This document shows, piece by piece, positions 16,048-25,063 of a DNA stretch of 26,444 nt. The DNA comes from a virus (Duplodnaviria; Caudoviricetes), in the IMG/VR virus record IMGVR_UViG_3300049846_000231, positions 1 to 26,444 of that record. One strand, 5' to 3'. The translations under genes were made by a program, and so were the position numbers. Every line of letters starts with the position of its first letter. Position 1 is the stretch's first letter. The notes beneath the pieces are model-generated. The model searched no databases. It had not been told where the DNA came from and was given only the letters and a program-made list of their open reading frames with translations.

Positions 16048-18438
16048 TCAGCGATCCTGAGTCGTGACTTGCGGCATCAGCGCCACCACCGTCGCCGGCA
16101 GCGGATCGTTCTGCACAAAGCAGATGTAGCCCTCCTTCTCGTAACCCGCAGGCCAGGCCAGTTCCTTGTCGCCCGTGAAGATCGGCACCGCCGCATCCAT
16201 GTCATCGTTCGGCGTGCGGTACAGGATCTCGTCCGTCTGCGTCAGGCTCGGCCCGATCTCCCCGCCCAGCGTGTCCATCAACCGCACCACCATCCGGTTG
16301 ATGCGCTTAGTCTTGCCCTGCGCCGTCCCGTCAGTCGCCCCCGCCTCGATGCGCAGCGTCTGCAGCATCGCAGGGCAGGCGTAGCCGACATGCACCACCG
16401 ACGCCTCGCGGTTCAGCGTGATCTCGCCCGAGGTCACCACGCACTGGGGATGCGTGGCCCCATCAGCCAGCACGTCCACCGTCTGACCCTCGAGGTGATC
16501 CAGCCCGCTGATCGTGTCCGCCGCCACGCCGTCGTAGGTCAGACCGCAGTCCACGTAGAACGCATCAGCCTGGTCATCGCCATCCTCGTACTCCGGCATC
16601 ATCCGCTCGATGTAGCGCTGCCAGACCCCGCCGATCGTGCGCCTCACGATCATCCACACGTCATCACGGTCGTTGTCCACCGAGGGCACGCAGACAAGCG
16701 AGTCAACGATCCCGTCGCCGCCCAACTGATGACGGTGCCAGCCCCCATAGGGTGGCTCGGTGAACTGCTCGCGGTTGAACGTGAAGCCCAGCAGCAGGCC
16801 GTCCGTCCGCGCAGCCCACACCACGCTGTGGGGCTCCTTCTGGTACGCCATCTGCCGGATGCTCGTACCCTTCGGCACCAAGTGACCAGCAAGGATCGAC
16901 ATATCCTGCGACTGGTAGCCGTCCTGGATCGAGTCGTAGACGATCTCGCGCAGGCGGCGTCCCGATCGCTGCACGAACAGCACCGAGCCGCCAATCTGCA
17001 CCGGCCGCGCTCCACGGCTGCCGAACTTCGAGGCCACCTTTACGGTCGCGTTCGCCGGCCCGAAAGGGTCGCTGTCCGTCATCTCCGAGCAGATGTACTC
17101 GCCACCACCCGTGCCGATCACCAGGTTCTGCCCGGCCACCAGGTACTGGATGCTGTTCGCGGACTGGTCCGCCTCCACCGTCAACGTCACCGCCATGTCC
17201 GCGGTCACCAGTCCGCCGAAGTCACGGTCGCGGAAGTTCTCGTAGTCGGCAGACACGCTGAACCACAGCTTCCGGTCGCCAGCCCGGGCAAAGCACAGGC
17301 GGTTGCGGAAGAAGCACACGTGCGTCGGATACCCGGGCACGCTGCCCCAACTGCCGAACGCCCAGCGCGTGCTGGGGTTGCCCACGCCCACCGCCTGGTC
17401 GGGAATGCGCGACAGGACCGTCGCCGTCACCGTGTTCGCGTCAGTGAAGGCGGTGATCTCGCACCAGCCGTAGCCGGGATCCTGAAACTCCCACTGCGCC
17501 GCAGCCGTCGTGTCGTTTCCGTCGTACTCGGCGCCCACGGTGTGCGTCGGGGGGATGTTGCCGGTCGTACCTGCATCGGTGCACTTGTAAGTCTTGCCCG
17601 CGTAGCGCCGCAGATCATTCAGCGCGACCGTCTTCCCTGTCTCCCACTTCGAGACGCCGTTCGCCTTCTTCGACTCGAGATAAAACAGCCGCCCCACGTC
17701 AGTCGATGCGAAGATGTCAGTGCTCGACTGCAGAGTCACGCCACTGCCCGTCGCGGCGGATGCGTAGACCGTCGTGGTCTCGTCGGGATCGTAGGTGTCG
17801 AACGGGCCGCCCTCGACATCCGTCTCCGTCAGCGTCCAGCGCAGCGCAGCGCGGCGGATCAGGGACCGAGGGTGGTAGTCAGGGTGGCAGATGAAAAGCA
17901 CGTCACCCGACTGCACCATCTGCAGCGCGAACGTGCCGTCGCTGTTCACCAGGTCCGAAGTTCCCCACGGCGTAGGGATCTCGTATTCGCCCGTCGAAGG
18001 CTGCGCGTACCAGTAGGCCGCGTCACCCGCGAACGTAGCGCCCGAGGTGTGACCCGTGATGCAGTAGTAATCGACGCCGGCCTCCGTCACCGTGCGACCG
18101 GCCGCATAGACCGTGGCCGTCGCCCACGTGCCCACCGGCACTCCCAGCACCACACCGTTGTCGGTGAACAGGCGGATGTATTGGTGCCCAAACTCCAGCA
18201 CGTAGACCTCGTCCACGTCGAACTCGAACGTCGCAAGCCACGTGCGAGCCGCGCTGTTCTTCACCTCGGCCACGAACTTCGTGCCAGCCCGACGCCGAGC
18301 CGGCCCCTGCACCATCGGGATGAAGTTCTCCAGCAAGCGGCATCCGCTGCCGTACTTGCCAATATCGACACGACCGTCGAGCTCGGGCGCGAACTCGCCT
18401 GCGTTGAAAGCGTTCTGCATGGGCGAGGCTTTTGCCAC
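16048..18438 (-). CDS. Tail tubular protein B / nozzle
   Basis: FNAGEFAPEL...ENFIPMVQGPARRRAGT, QSGDVLFICH, GLDHLEGQTVDVLADG; 796 aa. Confidence 0.92.
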   Translation of the reverse strand: MAKASPMQNAFNAGEFAPELDGRVDIGKYGSGCRLLENFIPMVQGPARRRAGTKFVAEVKNSAARTWLATFEFDVDEVYVLEFGHQYIRLFTDNGVVLGVPVGTWATATVYAAGRTVTEAGVDYYCITGHTSGATFAGDAAYWYAQPSTGEYEIPTPWGTSDLVNSDGTFALQMVQSGDVLFICHPDYHPRSLIRRAALRWTLTETDVEGGPFDTYDPDETTTVYASAATGSGVTLQSSTDIFASTDVGRLFYLESKKANGVSKWETGKTVALNDLRRYAGKTYKCTDAGTTGNIPPTHTVGAEYDGNDTTAAAQWEFQDPGYGWCEITAFTDANTVTATVLSRIPDQAVGVGNPSTRWAFGSWGSVPGYPTHVCFFRNRLCFARAGDRKLWFSVSADYENFRDRDFGGLVTADMAVTLTVEADQSANSIQYLVAGQNLVIGTGGGEYICSEMTDSDPFGPANATVKVASKFGSRGARPVQIGGSVLFVQRSGRRLREIVYDSIQDGYQSQDMSILAGHLVPKGTSIRQMAYQKEPHSVVWAARTDGLLLGFTFNREQFTEPPYGGWHRHQLGGDGIVDSLVCVPSVDNDRDDVWMIVRRTIGGVWQRYIERMMPEYEDGDDQADAFYVDCGLTYDGVAADTISGLDHLEGQTVDVLADGATHPQCVVTSGEITLNREASVVHVGYACPAMLQTLRIEAGATDGTAQGKTKRINRMVVRLMDTLGGEIGPSLTQTDEILYRTPNDDMDAAVPIFTGDKELAWPAGYEKEGYICFVQNDPLPATVVALMPQVTTQDR

Positions 18439-18441
18439 GGC

Positions 18442-19041
18442 TCAGAGCCTCGCGATGATCCAGGGTGTGTCCTGCACGTCCTCGGGGGGGTTCTCGATCG
18501 CATCCGACCGATTCGCCATCCTGAGCGCTTCCTTGTACTCGTTCCAGGCCAACTCCCGCTTCGTGTTCGACTGCGTCAGCGCCTCGGCCAACTCCACCGC
18601 CAGCTTGCAGGCAAAGCACTCGACGAACGTCGGATCCCACTCACCCGTCGTCTCTACGCGCGAGACGTAGCGCACCTTCAGCGGTGCACCCAGATCAGTC
18701 AGGATCTTCCCGCCCTCGATCTGCCACATCGCAGTGCTCGAGCCGCGGTAGTCGCCGAGGTTCACGTAGGGGAAGTACTCGCCCACCTGAACCACCCGCA
18801 GGCAGTCAGACGGCAGCTGGTACTGGTAGTCGAACCCGAACGCCGGCGTGTCCACCAGCGCAGCCAGCGAGTCGCGGACGATCGCGAAGTTCCAGTTGCG
18901 GGCGCGGAGCTCAGAGTCTCGCAGCGTGTCCCAGATCGCCGACGCAGTGCGCGCCGCGTGGACGTTGTCGTCCATCGACGTGATGCGCGCCTCGCCAATC
19001 TTGACCAGCGCGCGGTTGACAATCTCGACCTGTGAGGCCAT
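18442..19041 (-). CDS. Tail tubular protein A / adaptor
   Basis: IVNRALVKIG, WNFA, YQYQLPSDCLR, WDPTF motifs. Confidence 0.92.
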   Translation of the reverse strand: MASQVEIVNRALVKIGEARITSMDDNVHAARTASAIWDTLRDSELRARNWNFAIVRDSLAALVDTPAFGFDYQYQLPSDCLRVVQVGEYFPYVNLGDYRGSSTAMWQIEGGKILTDLGAPLKVRYVSRVETTGEWDPTFVECFACKLAVELAEALTQSNTKRELAWNEYKEALRMANRSDAIENPPEDVQDTPWIIARL

Positions 19042-19050
19042 GCAGCCTCA

Positions 19051-19245
19051 CTACGCGATCGGGTTCGTTTCGCGGGTCTGCAGGTAAGCCTCGATCGCCT
19101 TCAGGCCCAGCAGCACAGCCATCTTGTCGGTGTAGATGGTGTCGCTCACGCGAAGCTCGATCGCCTCGCTCGACGTGCTGGCGCCCTCGGTGACCTGGCT
19201 CGGGAAGTGCTCGCCCTTGATGACGGAATAGAAACGGTCAGCCAC
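19051..19245 (-). CDS. Small hypothetical virion-region protein (64 aa)
   Basis: Strong GGAGGTGA RBS, GTG start, fills the operon gap. Confidence 0.75.
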   Translation of the reverse strand: MADRFYSVIKGEHFPSQVTEGASTSSEAIELRVSDTIYTDKMAVLLGLKAIEAYLQTRETNPIA

Positions 19246-19261
19246 GAATCACCTCCAGATG

Positions 19262-19286
19262 AAAAAAAGGGGCGGCGAACCGCCCC
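19262..19286 (-). terminator. Rho-independent terminator after the capsid/cement genes
   Basis: Minus strand GGGGCGG-TTCG-CCGCCCC-TTTTTTT. Confidence 0.9.
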
Positions 19287-19302
19287 ACCACACCACCAGG
19301 GG

Positions 19303-19806
19303 TCAGACGGTGTAGTCGATTTCGAACAGCGCCGTGCCAGTGGCGTCAGCCGCACCCGTCAGGGTGGCGACGACGTCATAGCCACGAAGCGTGTCCGCGG
19401 TCAGGCCCAGCGCGTCCCACAGCGGCTTCTCGCCGTTCGCCAGGGTGTACACCGCGGCTTCGTGGGTGACGTCGGACTTGCTGATCGCACCACCCGACAG
19501 CGACACCGCCGAGGCGAAGTGATCGGCGTCCACCACCGCACCGCCGTTGGCAGTGGTCTGGTAGATTCCGATGTCCGCCGCGGTCGTGGTGCCGATGTCC
19601 GGAGACGACACGCGCACGCTCACCACCACCGCGTTCGAGGGGATCTCGAACAGGCGATAGGTGGACGTGGACGAATCGCCGCTGGTGATGGCGACGATGG
19701 CACGCTTGTGCATCAGTCGGCCACCGGCCGTGCGAGCGTTGTTGCGCACCATCGGGGTTGCATCCCGGTTGGTGATCTGCGCCGATTTGACTGCTACGAC
19801 TGCCAT
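19303..19806 (-). CDS. Capsid cement/decoration protein (Bbp16-like position, beta-rich)
   Basis: Directly after the MCP; 167 aa; alternating beta-strand pattern (YRLFEIPSNAVVVSV, DIGIY). Confidence 0.7.
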   Translation of the reverse strand: MAVVAVKSAQITNRDATPMVRNNARTAGGRLMHKRAIVAITSGDSSTSTYRLFEIPSNAVVVSVRVSSPDIGTTTAADIGIYQTTANGGAVVDADHFASAVSLSGGAISKSDVTHEAAVYTLANGEKPLWDALGLTADTLRGYDVVATLTGAADATGTALFEIDYTV

Positions 19807-19820
19807 GGGTCAGCCCTCGA

Positions 19821-20711
19821 TTAGCGGTAGGATTCGATCGCGTACACCTTGTTCTCCTCCAAGCGCGTCGCGCCGGCGGTCATCACGGTGTACAACTGGT
19901 AGGGCTCGTTGCGCAGATCGTGGCGGATCGAGACCGTGTTCGAGATCTCGTTCCACACGCCGAGGTGCATCCCCGACTTGACCCACACCGGAAGCGTGAC
20001 CTCGTTGGTGCCCGCGAGCACCGTCTCGATCAGTTCGCAGTGGATGAAGTCGAAGCCCATGAAGGACGCGATCGCACCATCGCGCAGAACCGCCTGGCCG
20101 CCGTTGAAGTCGGCCGAGGTGATCTGGATCTCGCCCAGGAGCGCGTCGTGGTCGTAGGCAGTGATGCCCACATACGCCTGCTCCATGTCGAAGTCCACGA
20201 AGTTGCCCATCATCAGGCGCTTCACTTCGCGCAGCTTCGCCACGTTCAGCTTCGAGTTCGCGCCGCCAACAGCGACATCGACCTCGTTGCCCGCCGTGAA
20301 CGACGTGCTGGTGCCGCCCGCCTCGCCCGTCAGAGCGGTGCCGAAGAAGGCGCCGCAGATCAGGCGGTCGAACTGACGGCCAGCCGCCATGACGGCGTTC
20401 TGCACGTAGGACGACTGCGGGTCGCGGATCAGGCGCAGCTTGTCGAGGGTGTCGATCAGCTGCGGCAGATCGTAGTCGGTCGGCGCCACCCAGCGGCGGT
20501 CGGTCGGTGCATCGACGCGCGGCATGGACTCGAAGCGGGTCGAGACCTGCTGCATTTCGACCTTGCCGTACTGGTCAACAGGCGAAGCCTGCTTGCCCGA
20601 GTGCGAGCCGGTCATCACGGCGTTGCGGAGCTTCGACCCCTTCTGCTGCAACAGCAGCTGGATGTTGGTCGAGTACTCCTGAATGAAGTGAGTCGGTACG
20701 TTGATGGACAT
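19821..20711 (-). CDS. Major capsid protein
   Basis: QEYSTNIQLLLQQKGSKLR, RRWV, AAGRQFDRLI, FMGFDFI, GATRLEE motifs; GGAGGG RBS. Confidence 0.93.
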   Translation of the reverse strand: MSINVPTHFIQEYSTNIQLLLQQKGSKLRNAVMTGSHSGKQASPVDQYGKVEMQQVSTRFESMPRVDAPTDRRWVAPTDYDLPQLIDTLDKLRLIRDPQSSYVQNAVMAAGRQFDRLICGAFFGTALTGEAGGTSTSFTAGNEVDVAVGGANSKLNVAKLREVKRLMMGNFVDFDMEQAYVGITAYDHDALLGEIQITSADFNGGQAVLRDGAIASFMGFDFIHCELIETVLAGTNEVTLPVWVKSGMHLGVWNEISNTVSIRHDLRNEPYQLYTVMTAGATRLEENKVYAIESYR

Positions 20712-20901
20712 GGTTGTCCCTCCAGAAAACGGTTTTGGTCACTCGTTCTCGGAAGGCTTGTCCAGTTTCCCGGGGCCGATTCCTTGCTCGGTCACGCCCG
20801 AGCCGGGCGGCGCTTCTGCGCGTCAGCGGGCCTTTCGGTTCTCCGCGTGTCCCGGGGTCGGCTGCGATTGTGTTGCGCGCCAACCCCGGGACGACTCGAC
20901 C
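20712..20901 (-). promoter_or_regulatory. Structured 190-nt leader between scaffold and major capsid genes
   Basis: Hairpins at 20849-20892 (10-bp perfect base), 20826-20846, 20787-20802 and 20751-20783. Confidence 0.6.
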
Positions 20902-21756
20902 CTAACTCGCAGGATCTGGGAACGCAATACGGTGCAGGCGCTCGGACTCCGTCCGCGCGTTCACATCACCGCTGATGTATCGCGTCACCCAGGCAGGGTC
21001 CGCACGCAGCATGTCCAGCCGCGCCTTCGCCTGCTCCGGCGTCGAGACTCTCGGGCTTCCACCGTCCTCGCCCTTGAAGGCCGCCTCGGCGAACTGCTGC
21101 CCGAGCTTCGCCATCATCTGCGCCGCGCGCTTCACGCCCAGCGCTCGCTCGAGGGTCTTGCCCTCTTCGGCCGACAGCCCCGCCTCGCGCGCAGCACGCC
21201 GGGCCAGTTCCGCATTGGCATCGTAGTTCGTGCCCCACTCCTTCTGCAGATCCTGCACGTCGAGGATCGCCTGCTGATCCGCAGCCGCCTCCTGCGCCTC
21301 GATCTGCTTGGCGACGAACTCGTTGTTGAAGGCCACCAGCGCCTGCGCCTGCTTGGCCGGGATCCCGAGCTCATGGAACTTCTGCGCCGCCGCCTGGGCG
21401 AACTCCTGCGGCATCCCCTCGGGCGTCTCGATCTGGTAGCCCTCCGGCGTCTCCGGTCGGCCGAGTTTGCCCCAGAACGCGCCCCACTCCTCGGCCGGCG
21501 CGTCGTCCTTCGGCGGCACGATCGCACGCCCCGCCTTGTCGGCGCCGAGCAGTTTCTCGAGGTTCGTGTAGGACTGGATCGCATCCTCCGGTCCCTTCCA
21601 GCCCTTGTTGAGCACCACGCCGCGGACAGACTCAGGCAGGGTGCTGACCCAGCCCTCGCCACCCACTGCTGCCGGTGCGCCTTCACCGCCGGCCGCGGGC
21701 GGTTGCCCTGCTGCCGGGTTGCCCGCCGCCAGGACGGACCCTGCTTGTTCACTCAT
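20902..21756 (-). CDS. Capsid scaffolding protein
   Basis: Start MSEQAGSV; SYTNLEKLLG, KLGRPETPEGY, LQKEWG motifs; lies between portal and MCP. Confidence 0.85.
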   Translation of the reverse strand: MSEQAGSVLAAGNPAAGQPPAAGGEGAPAAVGGEGWVSTLPESVRGVVLNKGWKGPEDAIQSYTNLEKLLGADKAGRAIVPPKDDAPAEEWGAFWGKLGRPETPEGYQIETPEGMPQEFAQAAAQKFHELGIPAKQAQALVAFNNEFVAKQIEAQEAAADQQAILDVQDLQKEWGTNYDANAELARRAAREAGLSAEEGKTLERALGVKRAAQMMAKLGQQFAEAAFKGEDGGSPRVSTPEQAKARLDMLRADPAWVTRYISGDVNARTESERLHRIAFPDPAS

Positions 21757-22042
21757 GGTCTTCGAGCCTCTCTTGAATGCGGACGAGGTCCGCGTCACTG
21801 ACGTGCAGGTGGGCCAGGATGCGGTTCAGCACTTCGCGCCTCCCCTCGGCCTGGAACGAGGCAGGCACGTCGGTCTGCCTCGAAATCGGTGAGATGACAG
21901 TGATCGACTGCTCGAACCGGCAGAAGCGCTTCAAGTCGGCGATGATCGCCTCGCCGTGCGGCGTGAGCCGGCCCTGCGAGTCGAGGAACGCCGTGCGGTA
22001 CGCGCGCCGGCGCTGGAGGATCTGCTTGACGCGCTCGATCAT
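21749..22042 (-). CDS. Bbp19-like small protein
   Basis: YRTAF...GEAIIADLKRFC...EGRREV; directly after the portal. Confidence 0.8.
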   Translation of the reverse strand: MIERVKQILQRRRAYRTAFLDSQGRLTPHGEAIIADLKRFCRFEQSITVISPISRQTDVPASFQAEGRREVLNRILAHLHVSDADLVRIQERLEDHE

Positions 22043-23697
22043 TGGATCGTCGCCGTGGGCATGATGCCCGGGATGCCCTGGCTCGCCAGCTGCTGGGTCT
22101 CAGCCAAGGTCTTCGCCGTGTCCGCCACGATCGGTGCGGCCTCGAGCATCATGCCGGCCTGCGCCTGCTGCTGGCTCGACTCCTTCATGGCGTCGATCTC
22201 GTCGTCGCTGCGCAGGATCTTGGACGGCATCCCGTTGATGCTGGCGAGCTCGCGCGCGGCCTTCACCCAGTCGAACGCGAACTTCACCTCGGGGTCGATC
22301 TCGGCCAGCGGTGCCACGGCCTCGAAGGTGCGCAGGATCGCCACACCATCCTCGGCACGCTGGGCACGGTTCAGCGGGCTCACGTACTCGATCTCGACAT
22401 CGCCGCCCGCCTCGAGCAGTTCCGGCGGCATCTCGGGCAGCATCCCCGCGTGCGCCAGGATGTCGATCTCGCGCTCGATCTGCGGACCCAGCATCTCGGA
22501 CTGCTGCCGCCCCATCGTCGGGGCGAGCAGCGCGCCCTTCTCCTGCGCGCGCAGCATCGCCTCGGTGGCGGTCATGTTCGGCGCGTCCACCAGAATCTGG
22601 AACAGCGTCACCAGGAAGGCGTCGTTGATTACCCGCTGGCTCATCTCCAGCGTCTCGGTGGACAGGTCGATGCGGCCTTCGTAGCGCAGAGCCTTGACCA
22701 TCTCCTCGCCGCGCTCGTTCAGGCCGCCGAAGTTCAGCGCACCGGGGTGCATCTGGAAAGCCTGCAGCACGCCGTCCTCCTGCAGCAACAGCGGCGGATC
22801 CAGCGCGCGGTGGCGAGCGCGCAGGTCGGTCTTGCGCATCTCGTTCAGCATCTTGACCTCGGGCAGCACCAGCATCGCGGGCGAGCGGCCGTAGGTCTCG
22901 CTCGGCGTCGTGATGTAGCGGCCCAGCGCGTAGGGCATCGTGCGATAGCCGCCCTCCTCGACGATGCAGCGCTCCTCGAGGCACAGGTAGTACGACGCGA
23001 AGGCCATGCCCTTGTAGTCACGCCGGCCCGCAGCGCGCTCCTCGTTGGGCTTCACGCAGTGCACGAAGGTGAACTTCTCGTCGGGATGCTTCTCGGCCAG
23101 CGTCAGGATCTTGCCCGGCAGCTTGGCCTCATCGAAGTGCTGCACAGCCTGGCGCGCGGTGTATTGGAACTCGCGATGCACCGTATCCACGATGCCGTGG
23201 CGGTTCTCGCAGAAGTACAGGTTCGCCAGGTCGCAGGACTTGTAGCGGATGCCCTGCCCCAGCATGTCGTCCACCAGGATGCCGCCGGTGCCGAAGGCGC
23301 CGAGGCTCATGTAGGACTCATGCATCTGCGAGGAGAAGTTCGAGCGCGCCGAGTAGCGCACGCGGAAGAGGATGTTCGTGATCTCGTCCAGATACCGCTG
23401 CACGGCGGGCTGCTCGTTCAGTTTCTCGTCAGCCACGCGCAGGCGGTGCCACTTCGCGGTGCGCGGGGTCAACATCGACTCCATCGCCGCAGCGAAGCGC
23501 GTGAGGGCCAGCGCCGCGGTGGCGTCGAACATCTTCTCGGTGCGCTTCTCGCCCTCGGTGCGCGGCACCTTGCTGATGAAGAGCGCGCGGTCGGGCCACA
23601 CCCGCTCGGCGATCTCCTGCCAGTGCGCCTCCCACACCGATCGCTCGCTCTTCAGGCGGTCGTGCCGGCGGATCAGGTTGTCTGCTCGAGTGTCCAT
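22039..23697 (-). CDS. Portal (head-to-tail connector) protein
   Basis: FGTG, ETYGRSPAM, MTATEAMLRAQEK, IEYVSPL motifs; 552 aa. Confidence 0.95.
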   Translation of the reverse strand: MDTRADNLIRRHDRLKSERSVWEAHWQEIAERVWPDRALFISKVPRTEGEKRTEKMFDATAALALTRFAAAMESMLTPRTAKWHRLRVADEKLNEQPAVQRYLDEITNILFRVRYSARSNFSSQMHESYMSLGAFGTGGILVDDMLGQGIRYKSCDLANLYFCENRHGIVDTVHREFQYTARQAVQHFDEAKLPGKILTLAEKHPDEKFTFVHCVKPNEERAAGRRDYKGMAFASYYLCLEERCIVEEGGYRTMPYALGRYITTPSETYGRSPAMLVLPEVKMLNEMRKTDLRARHRALDPPLLLQEDGVLQAFQMHPGALNFGGLNERGEEMVKALRYEGRIDLSTETLEMSQRVINDAFLVTLFQILVDAPNMTATEAMLRAQEKGALLAPTMGRQQSEMLGPQIEREIDILAHAGMLPEMPPELLEAGGDVEIEYVSPLNRAQRAEDGVAILRTFEAVAPLAEIDPEVKFAFDWVKAARELASINGMPSKILRSDDEIDAMKESSQQQAQAGMMLEAAPIVADTAKTLAETQQLASQGIPGIMPTATIQ

Positions 23698-23701
23698 GTC
23701 T

Positions 23702-24583
23702 TCACCTGTTCATGGCCGCGCCGAGGCGCAGGATGTGCTGCGGGTACTTGCTGCTGTCGTCTTCGTGGCCGGGCAGCGTCGGCGCGTAGCCCGTGATGAC
23801 CACAGATCCAGCAGCCGGGGTCAGCAGGTTGTTGTCCGTCAGGTTCACCGTTGGCGCGTAGGTCGTCAGCGCCACGCTCCCCGCGGCTGGCTCGAGCACC
23901 CACGTGCCGCCGATTCCCGTTGCGATGTCCGGTGCATAGCCCGTGATTGTCACGCTGCCCGCATCCGGCGTCAGCGGCCCACCTGCCTGCACGATGGTTG
24001 GCGCGTAGCCGGTGAATGCGATGCTCCCAGCGCCAGGCTGCGCGATCCACGTCACCGGCGTGCTGAGTGCGATCCCGGGCGCGTAGCCGGTGATCGCCAC
24101 ACTGCCAACGCCGGGATACACCGTGGTGACCAGCGTGGGCGCGTAGCCCGTCAGCAGAACCTCGTCGTAAGCAGGCGTGAGCGCCGACGATGCAATGTCG
24201 ATCGTCGGCACGTAGCCGGTGATGGTGATCGCCACCACATCCGGATAGACCGTCGTGACCAGCGTCGGCGCATAACCCGTCAGCGCCACAGACCCAACAG
24301 TGGGATACGTGGTCGTGACAAGCGCAGGGGCGTATCCGGTGATGGCTACCGATGCAGCGTCAGGGTATACCGTCCCTACAAGTGCAGGCGCATAGCCGGT
24401 GATGGCAACGCTGCCAGCAGACGGCGAGGCAACCCACGTGACCGGCGAGCTCGCAGCGTTGGCGCCAATGACGCCCTGAAACGGAGACGACTGGAACCCG
24501 GCAATCTCGAACGCGCTGACGGCGAGACGGATCTCACCGCCTCGCTGTAGCGCATCTGCCTGGAACGCCCCCGATTCAAACAC
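23702..24583 (-). CDS. Thr/Ala-rich tandem-repeat protein (10 x PxxGSVAITGYAPTL-like), probable virion surface fibre
   Basis: GAGGTGA RBS, GTG start; ten TGYAP-like units of about 20-25 aa; duplicated N-terminal FExxxFQ motif. Confidence 0.8.
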   Translation of the reverse strand: MFESGAFQADALQRGGEIRLAVSAFEIAGFQSSPFQGVIGANAASSPVTWVASPSAGSVAITGYAPALVGTVYPDAASVAITGYAPALVTTTYPTVGSVALTGYAPTLVTTVYPDVVAITITGYVPTIDIASSALTPAYDEVLLTGYAPTLVTTVYPGVGSVAITGYAPGIALSTPVTWIAQPGAGSIAFTGYAPTIVQAGGPLTPDAGSVTITGYAPDIATGIGGTWVLEPAAGSVALTTYAPTVNLTDNNLLTPAAGSVVITGYAPTLPGHEDDSSKYPQHILRLGAAMNR

Positions 24584-24586
24584 GCA

Positions 24587-25063
24587 TCACCTCTTGATCA
24601 GGGTGAACACCAGATCCTGCGCGGCTTCCTTGAAGAACGAGATGGCGTGCATCTGGTACTCCTGGTTGCGCGCAGCCACCGCAGGATGCAGTCCGTATCC
24701 GCCGCTGACATCGAAGTCGCAGCGGTAGCGCTTGCCCCACGGTGCGTTTGCCTTCCGCCACTCCGCGTTCAAATGGTGGATCCACGTCTCGCTGACGGGA
24801 GGCCACTGAAACTCCATGTCGCCGAACGCGCGAGCAGAGCACCAGTGCGGCGCGTTGATCTGCGCACGGCCGCCCTTCTTCAGCGCGCGGTGCAGTTCGT
24901 TGGCGAACGTGATGCGCTCGGCCGGCGTCAGGAACTGCACCAGGTTGATGATCTCGAACTCGTCCACGCTGTTGCTCGCCTGCGGGAGTTTCTTCCGCGC
25001 CGCAGCGAGGTTCGTGTGGTCGAGTTTCACCACGACAGTCTTGGGTTCTCGTTTCGTAGCCAT
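24587..25063 (-). CDS. Class I SAM methyltransferase-like protein lacking the Gly-rich motif I
   Basis: SNSVDEF...NELHRALKKGG...PHW..RAFGD resembles type-11 MTase motifs. Start MATKREPK overlaps the glycosyltransferase stop (TGATG). Confidence 0.7.
   Translation of the reverse strand: MATKREPKTVVVKLDHTNLAAARKKLPQASNSVDEFEIINLVQFLTPAERITFANELHRALKKGGRAQINAPHWCSARAFGDMEFQWPPVSETWIHHLNAEWRKANAPWGKRYRCDFDVSGGYGLHPAVAARNQEYQMHAISFFKEAAQDLVFTLIKR

Noticed and set aside
15268-19035. 1255-aa plus-strand ORF, and similar long plus ORFs at 3110-5332, 5888-8413, 11351-13210, 12850-15030 and 22042-23796
   Set aside because: Antisense shadows of high-GC3 genes; Arg/His/Val-rich with no motifs, and each overlaps clearly identifiable minus-strand genes.
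23770-24430. CRISPR-like or non-coding repeat array
   Set aside because: Repeats are in-frame, degenerate at third codon positions and conserved at the protein level.
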